A stretch of DNA of 64,000 nucleotides, taken from contig NC_092676.1 of the NCBI RefSeq assembly GCF_964355755.1, positions 12,634,771 through 12,698,770 of the forward strand, in the 5' to 3' direction. This DNA is from Antedon mediterranea (lineage: Eukaryota; Animalia; Echinodermata). Within the stretch, counting starts at the first letter, position 1. The number at the start of each line of letters is the position of its first letter. The position numbers and the translations under genes are program-made. The notes under the pieces are model-generated. The model saw nothing but the letters and a program-made list of their open reading frames with translations, had not been told where the DNA came from and did no database searches. Positions 11,276-23,169 of this stretch are shown here, in pieces.

Positions 11276-12519
11276 AACTTGGTTACACAAAAACATCAAA
11301 GTGCTTAAAATCACATTTAAAACCGTTTTAGAGCATTTTTAGCATTTCGATAAAACTTTTCACACAAAAACATCAAAGTGTACAAAATAGCTTCAAATCG
11401 CATTTAGAGAGGTTTTAGACAATTTTGTGCATTTCGATAAAACTTTTCACACAAAAACATCAAAGTGTACAAAATAGCTTCAAATTGCATTTAGAGACGT
11501 TTTAGACCATTTTGTGCATTTCGATAAAACTTTTCACACAAAAACATCAAATTGCACAAAATCGTTTTAAACCATTTTAAATCGTTTTAAACCATTTTGA
11601 GCATGTCGATAAAACTTTTCACAAAAAACATCAAAGTGCACAGAATAGCTTCAAATTGCATTTGGAGACGTTTTAGAGCATTTTGTGCATTTCGATAAAA
11701 TGTGTTAACATAAAAAGACCAAAGTGTTTAGAATATCTTCAAATCACATTTGGAGACGTTTTAGACCATTTTTTGCATTTCGATGAAACTTGGTTACACA
11801 AAAACATCAAAGTGCTTAAAATCACATTTGAAACCGTTTTAGAGCATTTTGAGCATTTCGATAAAACTTTTCACACAAAAACATCAAAGTGTACAAAATA
11901 GCTTCAAATCGCATTTAGAGACGTTTTAGACCATTTTTTGCATTTCGATGAAACTTGGTTACACAAAAACATCAAAGTGCTTAAAATCACATTTAAAACC
12001 GTTTTAGAGCATTTTTAGCATTTCGATAAAACTTTTCACACAAAAACATCAAAGTGTACAAAATAGCTTCAAATCGCATTTAGAGAGGTTTTAGACAATT
12101 TTGTGCATTTCGATAAAACTTTTCACACAAAAACATCAAAGTGTACAAAATACCTTCAAATTGCATTTAGAGACGTTTTAGACCATTTTGTGCATTTCGA
12201 TAAAACTTTTCACACAAAAACATCAAATTGCACAAAATCGTTTTAAACCATTTTAAATCGTTTTAAACCATTTTGAGCATTTCGATAAAACTTTTCACAA
12301 AAAACATCAAAGTGCACAGAATAGCTTCAAATTGCATTTGGAGACGTTTTAGAGCATTTTGTGCATTTCGATAAAATGTGTTAACATAAAAAGACCAAAG
12401 TGTTTAGAATATCTTCAAATCACATTTGGAGACGTTTTAGACCATTTTTTGCATTTCGATGAAACTTGGTTACACAAAAACATCAAAGTGCTTAAAATCA
12501 CATTTGAAACCGTTTTAGA
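11276..12519 (+). repeat. Local 676-bp (8-monomer) higher-order repeat, ~2 tandem copies; the same doublet recurs near 26.0-27.2, 29.3-30.4 and 47.4-48.5 kb and in variant form near 36.2-37.2, 42.5-43.6 and 54.3-55.3 kb
   Basis: ORF pairs 11683/12359, 26324/27000, 29524/30200 and 47631/48307 differ by 676, which equals 88+78+87+78+87+87+171. Confidence 0.85.
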
Positions 12520-15249
12520 CCATTTTGAGCGTTTCGATAAAACTTTTCACACAAAAACATCAAAGTGCACAAAATAGCTTCAAATCGCATTTGGAGACGT
12601 TTTAGACTATTTTGTGCATTTCGAAAAAATTTGTTAACATAAAAAGACCAAAGTGTTTAGAATATCTCCAAATCGCATTTGGAGACGTTTTAAACCATTT
12701 TGTGCATTTCGATGGAACTTGGTTACACAAAAACATCAAAGTGCTTAAAATCACATTTAAAACCGTTTTAGAGCATTTTGAGCATTTCGATAAAACTTTT
12801 CACACAAAAACATCAAAGTGTACAAAATAGCTTCAAATCGCATTTAGAGACGTTTTAGACCATTTTGTGCATTTTGATAAAACTTTTCACACAAAAACAT
12901 CAAATTGCACAAAATAGCTTAATATTGTGTTTGAAAACGTTTTAAACCATTTTGAGCATGTCGATAAAACTTTTCACACAAAAATATCAAAGTGCCCAGA
13001 ATATCTTCAAATCGCATTTAGAGACGTTTTAGACCATTTTGTGCATTTCGAAAAAATTTGTTAACATAAAAAGACCAAAGTGTTTAGATTATCTCCAAAT
13101 CGCATTTGGAGACGTTTTAGACCATTTTGTGTTTTTCGAAAAAACTTTTCACACAAAAACATCAAAGTGTACAAAATTGCTTCAAATCGCATTTAGAGAG
13201 GTTTTAGACCATTTTGTGCATTTCGATAAAACTTTTCACACAAAAACATCAAAGTGCACAGAATATCTTAATACCGTGTCTGAAATCGTTTTAAACCATT
13301 TTGAGCATGTCGATAAAACTTTTCACACAAAAACATCAAAGTGCACAGAATATCTTCAAATCGCATTTGGAGACGTTTTAGACCATTTTGTGCATTCCGA
13401 TGAAACTTGGTTACACAAAAACATCAAAGTGCTTAAAATCACATTTGAAACCGTTTTAGAGCATTTTTAGCATTTCGATAATACTTTTCACACAAAAACA
13501 TCAAAGTGTACAAAATAGCTTCAAATCGCATTTGGAGACGTTTTAGACCATTTTGTGCATTTCGATGAAACTTGGTTACACAAAAACATCAAAGTGCTTA
13601 AAATCACATTTGAAACCGTTTTAGACCATTTTGAGCATTTCGATAAAACTTTTCACACAAAAAAATCAAAGTGCACAAAATAGCTTCAAATCGCATTTGG
13701 GGACGTTTTAGACTATTTTGTGCATTTCGAAAAAATTTGTTAACATAAAAAGACCAAAGTGTTTAGAATATCTCCAAATCGCATTTGGAGACGTTTTAAA
13801 CCATTTTGTGCATTTCGATGGAACTTGGTTACACAAAAACATCAAAGTGCTTAAAATCACATTTAAAACCGTTTTAGAGCATTTTTAGCATTTCGATAAA
13901 ACTTTTCACACAAAAACATCAAAGTGTACAAAATAGCTTCAAATCACATTTGAAACCGTTTTAGACCATTTTGAGCATTTCGATAAAACTTTTCACACAA
14001 AAACATTAAAGTGTACAAAATAGCTTCAAATCGCATTTGGAGACGTTTTAGACCATTTTGTGCATTTCGATGAAACTTGGTTACACAAAAACATCAAAGT
14101 GCTTAAAATCACATTTGAAACCGTTTTAGAGCATTTTTAGCATTTCGATAAATACTTTTCACACAAAAACATCAAGGTGTACAAAATAGCTTCAAATCGC
14201 ATTTGGAGACGTTTTAGACCATTTTGTGCATTTCGATGAAACTTGGTTACAAAAAAACATCAAAGTGCTTAAAATCACATTTGAAACCGTTTTAGACCAT
14301 TTTGAGCATTTCGATAAAACTTTTCACACAAAAACATCAAATTGCACAAAATAGCTTAATATCGTGTTTGAAAACGTTTTAGACCATTATGAGCATGTCG
14401 ATAAAACTTTTCACACAAAAACATAAAAGTGAACAGAATAGCTTCAAATTGCATTTGGAGACCTTTTAGAGCATTTTGTGCATTTCGATAAAATGTGTTA
14501 ATATAAAAAGACCAAAGTGTTTAGAATATCTTCAAATCACATTTGGAGACGTTTTAGACCATTTTTTGCATTTCGATGAAACTTGGTTACACAAAAACAT
14601 CAAAGTGCTTAAAATCACATTTAAAACCGTTTTAGAGCATTTTGAGCATTTCGATAAAACTTTTGACACAAAAACATCAAAGTGTACAAAATAGCTTCAA
14701 ATCGAATTTAGAGAGGTTTTATACCATTTTGTGCATTTCGATAAAACTTTTCACAAAAAAACATCAAAGTGTACAAAATAACTTCAAATCGCATTTAGAG
14801 ACGTTTTAGACCATTTTGTGCATTTTGATAAAACTTTTCACACAAAAACATCAAATTGCACAAAATAGCTTAATACCGTGTTTGAAATCGTTTTAAACCA
14901 TTTTGAGCATGTCGATAAAACTTTTCACAAAAAAACATCAAAGTGCACCGAATAGCTTCAAATCGCATTTGGAGACGTTTTAAACCATTTTGTGCATTTC
15001 GATAAAACTTTTCACATAAAAACATGAAAGTGTACAAAATAGCTTCAAATCGCATTTAGAGACGTTTTAGACCATTTTGGGCATTTCGATGAAACTTAGT
15101 TACACAAATACATAAAAGTCCTTAAAATCACATTTCAAACCGTTTTAGAGCATTTTGAGCATTTCGTTAAAACTTTTCACACAAAAACATCAAAGTGCAC
15201 AAAATAGCTTCAAATCGCATTTAGAGATGTTTTAGACCATTTTGTGCAA

Positions 15250-18200
15250 TTCGATAAAACTTTTCACACAAAAACATCAAATTGCACAAAATAGCTTAAT
15301 ATCGTGTTTGAAAACGTTTTAGACCATTTTGAGCATGTCGATAAAACTTTTCACACAAAAACATAAAAGTGAACAGAATAGCTTCAAATTGCATTTGGAG
15401 ACGTTTTAGAGCATTTTGTGCATTTCGATAAAATGTGTTAACATAAAAAGACCAAAGTGTTTAGAATATCTTCAAATCACATTTGGAGACGTTTTAGACC
15501 ATTTTTTGCATTTCGATGAAACTTGGTTTCACAAAAACATCAAAGTGCTTAAAATCACATTTAAAACCGTTTCAGAGCATTTTGAGCATTTCGATAAAAC
15601 TTTTCACACAAAAACATCAAAGTTTACAAAATAGCTTCAAATCGCATTTAGAGAGGTTTTAGACCATTTTGTGCATTTCGATAAAACTTTTCACACAAAA
15701 ACATCAAAGTGTACAAAATAACTTCAAATCGCATTTAGAGACGTTTTAGACCATTTTGTGCATTTTGATAAAACTTTTCACACAAAAACATCAAAGTGCA
15801 CAAAATAGCTTCAAATCGCATTTAGAGATGTTTTAGACCATTTTGTGCATTTCGATAAAACTTTTCACACAAAAACATCAAATTGCACAAAATAGCTTAA
15901 TACCGTGTTTGAAATCGTTTTAAACCATTTTGAGCATGTCGATAAAACTTTTCACAAAAAAACATCAAAGTGCACAGAATAGCTTCAAATCGCATTTGGA
16001 GACGTTTTAAACCATTTTGTGCATTTCGATAAAACTTTTCACATAAAAACATCAAAGTGTCCAAAATAGCTTCAAATCGCATTTAGAGACGTTTTAGACC
16101 ATTTTGGGCATTTATAAAAGTGCTTAAAATCACATTTCAAACCGTTTTAGAGCATTTTGAGCATTTCGATAAAACTTTTCACACAAAAACATCAAAGTGC
16201 ACAAAATAGCTTCAAATCGCATTTAGAGATGTTTTAGACCATTTTGTGCATTTCGATAAAACTTTTCACACAAAAACATAAAAGTGAACAGAATAGCTTC
16301 AAATTGCATTTGGAGACGTTTTAGAGCATTTTGTGCATTTCGATAAAATGTGTTAACATAAAAAGACCAAAGTGTTTAGAATATCTTCAAATCACATTTG
16401 GAGACGTTTTAGACCATTTTTGGCATTTCGATGAAACTTGGTTACACAAAAACATCAAAGTGCTTAAAATCACATTTAAAACCGTTTTAGAGCATTTTGA
16501 GCATTTCGATAAAACTTTTCACACAAAAACATCAAAGTGTACAAAATAGCTTCAAATCGCATTTAGAGAGGTTTTAGACCATTTTGTGCATTTCGATAAA
16601 ACTTTTCACACAAAAACATCAAAGTGTACAAAATAACTTCAAATCGTATTTAGAGACGTTTTAGACCATTTTGTGCATTTTGATAAAACTTTTCACACAA
16701 AAACATCAAATTGCACAAAATAGCTTAATATCGTGTTTGAAAACGTTTTAAACCATTTTGAGCATGTCGATAAAACTTTTCACACAAAAATATCAAAGTG
16801 CACAGAATATCTTCAAATCGCATTTAGAGACGTTTTAGACCATTTTGTGCATTTCGAAAAAATTTGTTAACATAAAAAGACCAAAGTGTTTAGAATATCT
16901 CCAAATCGCATTTGGAGACGTTTTAGACCATTTTGTGTTTTTCGAAAAACTTTTCACACAAAAACATCAAAGTGTAGAAAATTGCTTCAAATCGCATTTA
17001 GAGACGTTTTAGACCATTTTGTGCATTTCGAAAAAACTTTTTAAAATAAAAACACCAAAGTGCTTAGAATAGCTTCAAATCGCATTTGGAGACGTTTTAG
17101 ACCATTTTGTGCATTTCGATGAAACTTGGTTACACAAAAACATCAAAGTGCTTAAAATCACATTTGAAACCGTTTTAGAGCATTTTGAGCATTTCGATAA
17201 AACTTTTCACACAAAAACATCAAAGTGTACAAAATAGCTTAAAATCACATTTGAAACCGTTTTAGACTATTTTGAGCATTTCGATAAAACTTTTCACACA
17301 AAAACATCAAAGTGTACAAAATAGCTTCAAATCGCATTTGGAGACGTTTTAGACCATTTTGTGCATTTCGATGAAACTTGGTTACACAAAAACATCAAAG
17401 TGCTTAAAATTACATTTGAAAGCGTTTTAGAGCATTTTGAGCATTTCGATAATACTTTTCACACAAAAACATCAAAGTGTACAAAATAGCTTCAAATCGC
17501 ATTTGGAGACGTTTTAGACCATTTTGTGCATTTCGATGAAACTTGGTTACACAAAAACATCAAAGTGCTTAAAATCACATTTGAAACCGTTTTAGACCAT
17601 TTTGAGCGTGTCGATAAAACTTTTCACACAAAAAAATCAGAGTGCACTAAATAGCTTCAAATCGCATTTGGAGACGTTTTAGACCATTTTGTGCATATCG
17701 ATGAAACTTGGTTACACAAAAACATCAAAGTGCTTAAAATCACATTTGAAATCGTTTTAGACCATTTTGAGCGTTTCGATAAAACTTTTCACACAAAAAA
17801 ATCAGAGTGCACAAAATAGCTTCAAATCGCATTTGGAGACGTTTTAGACTATTTTGTGCATTTCGAAAAAATTTGTTAACATAAAAAGACCAAAGTGTTT
17901 AGAATATCTCCAAATCGCATTTGGAGACGTTTTAAACCATTTTGTGCATTTCGATGGAACTTGGTTACACAAAAACATCAAAGTGCTTAAAATCACATTT
18001 AAAACCGTTTTAGAGCATTTTGAGCATTTCGATAAAACTTTTCACACAAAAACATCAAAGTGTACAAAATAGCTTCAAATCGCATTTAGAGAGGTTTTAG
18101 ACCATTTTGTGCATTTCGATAAAACTTTTCACACAAAAACATCAAAGTGTACAAAATAGCTTCAAATCGCATTTAGAGACGTTTTAGACCATTTTGTGCA

Positions 18201-21200
18201 TTTCGATAAAACTTTTCACACAAAAACATCAAATTGCACAAAATAGCTTAATATCGTGTTTGAAAACGTTTTAGACCATTTTGAGCATGTCGATAAAACT
18301 TTTCACACAAAAACATAAAAGTGAACAGAATAGCTTCAAATTGCATTTGGAGACGTTTTAGAGCATTTTGTGCATTTCGATAAAATGTGTTAACATAAAA
18401 AGACCAAAGTGTTTAGAATATCTTCAAATCACATTTGGAGACGTTTTAGACCATTTTTTGCATTTCGATGAAACTTGGTTTCACAAAAACATCAAAGTGC
18501 TTAAAATCACATTTAAAACCGTTTCAGAGCATTTTGAGCATTTCGATAAAACTTTTCACACAAAAACATCAAAGTTTACAAAATAGCTTCAAATCGCATT
18601 TAGAGAGGTTTTAGACCATTTTGTGCATTTCGATAAAACTTTTCACACAAAAACATCAAAGTGTACAAAATAACTTCAAATCGCATTTAGAGACGTTTTA
18701 GACCATTTTGTGCATTTTGATAAAACTTTTCACACAAAAACATCAAAGTGCACAAAATAGCTTCAAATCGCATTTAGAGATGTTTTAGACCATTTTGTGC
18801 ATTTCGATAAAACTTTTCACACAAAAACATCAAATTGCACAAAATAGCTTAATACCGTGTTTGAAATCGTTTTAAACCATTTTGAGCATGTCGATAAAAC
18901 TTTTCACAAAAAAACATCAAAGTGCACAGAATAGCTTCAAATCGCATTTGGAGACGTTTTAAACCATTTTGTGCATTTCGATAAAACTTTTCACATAAAA
19001 ACATCAAAGTGTCCAAAATAGCTTCAAATCGCATTTAGAGACGTTTTAGACCATTTTGGGCATTTATAAAAGTGCTTAAAATCACATTTCAAACCGTTTT
19101 AGAGCATTTTGAGCATTTCGATAAAACTTTTCACACAAAAACATCAAAGTGCACAAAATAGCTTCAAATCGCATTTAGAGATGTTTTAGACCATTTTGTG
19201 CATTTCGATAAAACTTTTCACACAAAAACATAAAAGTGAACAGAATAGCTTCAAATTGCATTTGGAGACGTTTTAGAGCATTTTGTGCATTTCGATAAAA
19301 TGTGTTAACATAAAAAGACCAAAGTGTTTAGAATATCTTCAAATCACATTTGGAGACGTTTTAGACCATTTTTGGCATTTCGATGAAACTTGGTTACACA
19401 AAAACATCAAAGTGCTTAAAATCACATTTAAAACCGTTTTAGAGCATTTTGAGCATTTCGATAAAACTTTTCACACAAAAACATCAAAGTGTACAAAATA
19501 GCTTCAAATCGCATTTAGAGAGGTTTTAGACCATTTTGTGCATTTCGATAAAACTTTTCACACAAAAACATCAAAGTGTACAAAATAACTTCAAATCGTA
19601 TTTAGAGACGTTTTAGACCATTTTGTGCATTTTGATAAAACTTTTCACACAAAAACATCAAATTGCACAAAATAGCTTAATATCGTGTTTGAAAACGTTT
19701 TAAACCATTTTGAGCATGTCGATAAAACTTTTCACACAAAAATATCAAAGTGCACAGAATATCTTCAAATCGCATTTAGAGACGTTTTAGACCATTTTGT
19801 GCATTTCGAAAAAATTTGTTAACATAAAAAGACCAAAGTGTTTAGAATATCTCCAAATCGCATTTGGAGACGTTTTAGACCATTTTGTGTTTTTCGAAAA
19901 ACTTTTCACACAAAAACATCAAAGTGTAGAAAATTGCTTCAAATCGCATTTAGAGACGTTTTAGACCATTTTGTGCATTTCGAAAAAACTTTTTAAAATA
20001 AAAACACCAAAGTGCTTAGAATAGCTTCAAATCGCATTTGGAGACGTTTTAGACCATTTTGTGCATTTCGATGAAACTTGGTTACACAAAAACATCAAAG
20101 TGCTTAAAATCACATTTGAAACCGTTTTAGAGCATTTTGAGCATTTCGATAAAACTTTTCACACAAAAACATCAAAGTGTACAAAATAGCTTCAAATCAC
20201 ATTTGAAACCGTTTTAGACTATTTTGAGCATTTCGATAAAACTTTTCACACAAAAACATCAAAGTGTACAAAATAGCTTCAAATCGCATTTGGAGACGTT
20301 TTAGACCATTTTGTGCATTTCGATGAAACTTGGTTACACAAAAACATCAAAGTGCTTAAAATTACATTTGAAAGCGTTTTAGAGCATTTTGAGCATTTCG
20401 ATAATACTTTTCACACAAAAACATCAAAGTGTACAAAATAGCTTCAAATCGCATTTGGAGACGTTTTAGACCATTTTGTGCATTTCGATGAAACTTGGTT
20501 ACACAAAAACATCAAAGTGCTTAAAATCACATTTGAAACCGTTTTAGACCATTTTGAGCGTGTCGATAAAACTTTTCACACAAAAAAATCAGAGTGCACT
20601 AAATAGCTTCAAATCGCATTTGGAGACGTTTTAGACCATTTTGTGCATATCGATGAAACTTGGTTACACAAAAACATCAAAGTGCTTAAAATCACATTTG
20701 AAATCGTTTTAGACCATTTTGAGCGTTTCGATAAAACTTTTCACACAAAAAAATCAGAGTGCACAAAATAGCTTCAAATCGCATTTGGAGACGTTTTAGA
20801 CTATTTTGTGCATTTCGAAAAAATTTGTTAACATAAAAAGACCAAAGTGTTTAGAATATCTCCAAATCGCATTTGGAGACGTTTTAAACCATTTTGTGCA
20901 TTTCGATGGAACTTGGTTACACAAAAACATCAAAGTGCTTAAAATCACATTTAAAACCGTTTTAGAGCATTTTGAGCATTTCGATAAAACTTTTCACACA
21001 AAAACATCAAAGTGTACAAAATAGCTTCAAATCGCATTTAGAGAGGTTTTAGACCATTTTGTGCATTTCGATAAAACTTTTCACACAAAAACATCAAAGT
21101 GTACAAAATAGCTTCAAATCGCATTTAGAGACGTTTTAGACCATTTTGTGCATTTCGATAAAACTTTTCACACAAAAACATCAAATTGCACAAAATAGCT

Positions 21201-21213
21201 TAATATCGTGTTT
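15250..21213 (+). repeat. Tandem duplication, period 2952 bp (two near-identical copies)
   Basis: ORF pairs 15416/18368, 15897/18849, 16331/19283 and 17854/20806 differ by 2952. Both copies carry the 25-bp deletion (16113/19065) and the variants GTTTCAGAG, GTGTCCAAAA and GTGCACTAAAT. Confidence 0.92.
15753..15806. other. 17-bp-arm imperfect inverted repeat with a 20-nt loop, present in most monomers (one of the best-matching examples)
   Basis: ATTTTGTGCATTTTGAT (15753-15769) pairs with ATCAAAGTGCACAAAAT (15790-15806) by 16 Watson-Crick pairs and one T.G. Confidence 0.85.
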
Positions 21214-23169
21214 AAAACCGTTTTTACCATTTTGAGCATTTCGATAAACTTTTCACACAAAAACATCAAAGTGCACAAAATAGCTTCAAATCGCATTTAG
21301 AGATGTTTTAGAACATTTTGTGCATTTCGATAAAATTTTTCACACAAAAACATCAAATTGCACAAAAAAGCTTAATACCGTGTTTGAAATCGTTTTAAAC
21401 CAATTTGAGCATGTCGATAAAACTTTTCACACAAAAACATCAAAGTGCACAGAATATCTTCAAATCGCATTTAGAGACGTTTTAGACCATTTTGGGCATT
21501 TCGATGAAACTTGGTTACACAAATACATAAAAGTGCTTAAAATCACATTTAAAACCGTTTTAGAGCATTTTGAGCATTTCGATAAAACTTTTCACACAAA
21601 AACATCAAAGTGTACAAAATAGCTTCAAATCGCATTTAGAGAGGTTTTAGACCATTTTGTGCATTTCGATAAAACTTTTCACACAAAAACATCAAAGTGT
21701 ACAAAATAACTTCAAATCGTATTTAGAGACGTTTTAGACCATTTTGTGCATTTTGATAAAACTTTTCACACAAAAACATCAAATTGCACAAAATAGCTTA
21801 ATATCGTGTTTGAAAACGTTTTAAACCATTTTGAGCATGTCGATAAAACTTTTCACACAAAAACATCAAATTGCACAAAATAGCTTAATATCGTGTTTGA
21901 AAACGTTTTAAACCATTTTGAGCATGTCGATAAAACTTTTCACACAAAAATATCAAAGTGCACAGAATATCTTCAAATCGCATTTAGAGACGTTTTAGAC
22001 CATTTTGTGCATTTCGAAAAAATTTGTTAACATAAAAAGACCAAAGTGTTTAGAATATCTCCAAATCGCATTTCGAGACGTTTTAGACCATTTTGTGTTT
22101 TTCGAAAAAACTTTTCACACAAAAACATCAAAGTGTACAAAATTGCTTCAAATCGCATTTGGAGACGTTTTAGACCATTTTGTGATTTTCGAAAAACTTT
22201 TCACACAAAAACATCAAAGTGTAGAAAATTGCTTCAAATCGCATTTAGAGACGTTTTAGACCATTTTGTGCATTTCGAAAAAATTTGTTAACATAAAAAG
22301 ACCAAAGTGTTTAGAATATTTCCAAATCGCATTTGGAGACGTTTTAGACCATTTTGTGCATTTCGATGAAACTTGGTTACACAAAAACATCAAAGTGCTT
22401 AAAATCACATTTAAAACCGTTTTAGAGCGTTTTGAGCATTTCGATAAACTTTTCACACAAAAACATCAAAGTGCACAAAATAGCATTTAGAGATGTTTTA
22501 GACCATTTTGTGCATTTCGATAAAACTTTTCACACAAAAACATCAAATTGCACAAAAAAGCTTAATACCGTGTTTGAAATCGTTTTAAACCAATTTGAGC
22601 ATGTCGATAAAACTTTTCACACAAAAACATCAAAGTGCACAGAATATCTTCAAATCGCATTTAGAGACGTTTTAGACCATTTTGTGCATTTCGAAAAAAT
22701 TTGTTAACATAAAAAGACCAAAGTGTTTAGAATATCTCCAAATCGCATTTGGAGACGTTTTAGACCATTTTGTGCATTTCGATGAAACTTGGTTACACAA
22801 AAACATCAAAGTGCTTAAAATCACATTTGAAACCGTTTTAGAGAATTTTGAGCATTTCGATAAAACTTTTCACACAAAAACATCAAAGTGTACAAAATAG
22901 CTTCAAATCACATTTGAAACCGTTTTAGACCATTTTGAGCATTTCGATAAAACTTTTCACACAAAAACATCAAAGTGTACAAAATAGCTTCAAATCGCAT
23001 TTGGAGACGTTTTAGACCATTTTGTGCATTTCGATGAAACTTGGTTACACAAAAACATCAAAGTGCTTAAAATCACATTTGAAATCGTTTTAGACCATTT
23101 TGAGCATTTCGATAAAACTTTTCACACAAAAAAATCAAAGTGTACAAAATAACTTCAAATCGCATTTAG

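Noticed and set aside
15753-15806. Hairpins as rho-independent terminators, attC sites, REP elements or tRNA-like ncRNA
   Set aside because: The stems are AT-rich, there are no associated genes, cassettes or integrase, there is no cloverleaf, and the units are contiguous tandem monomers.
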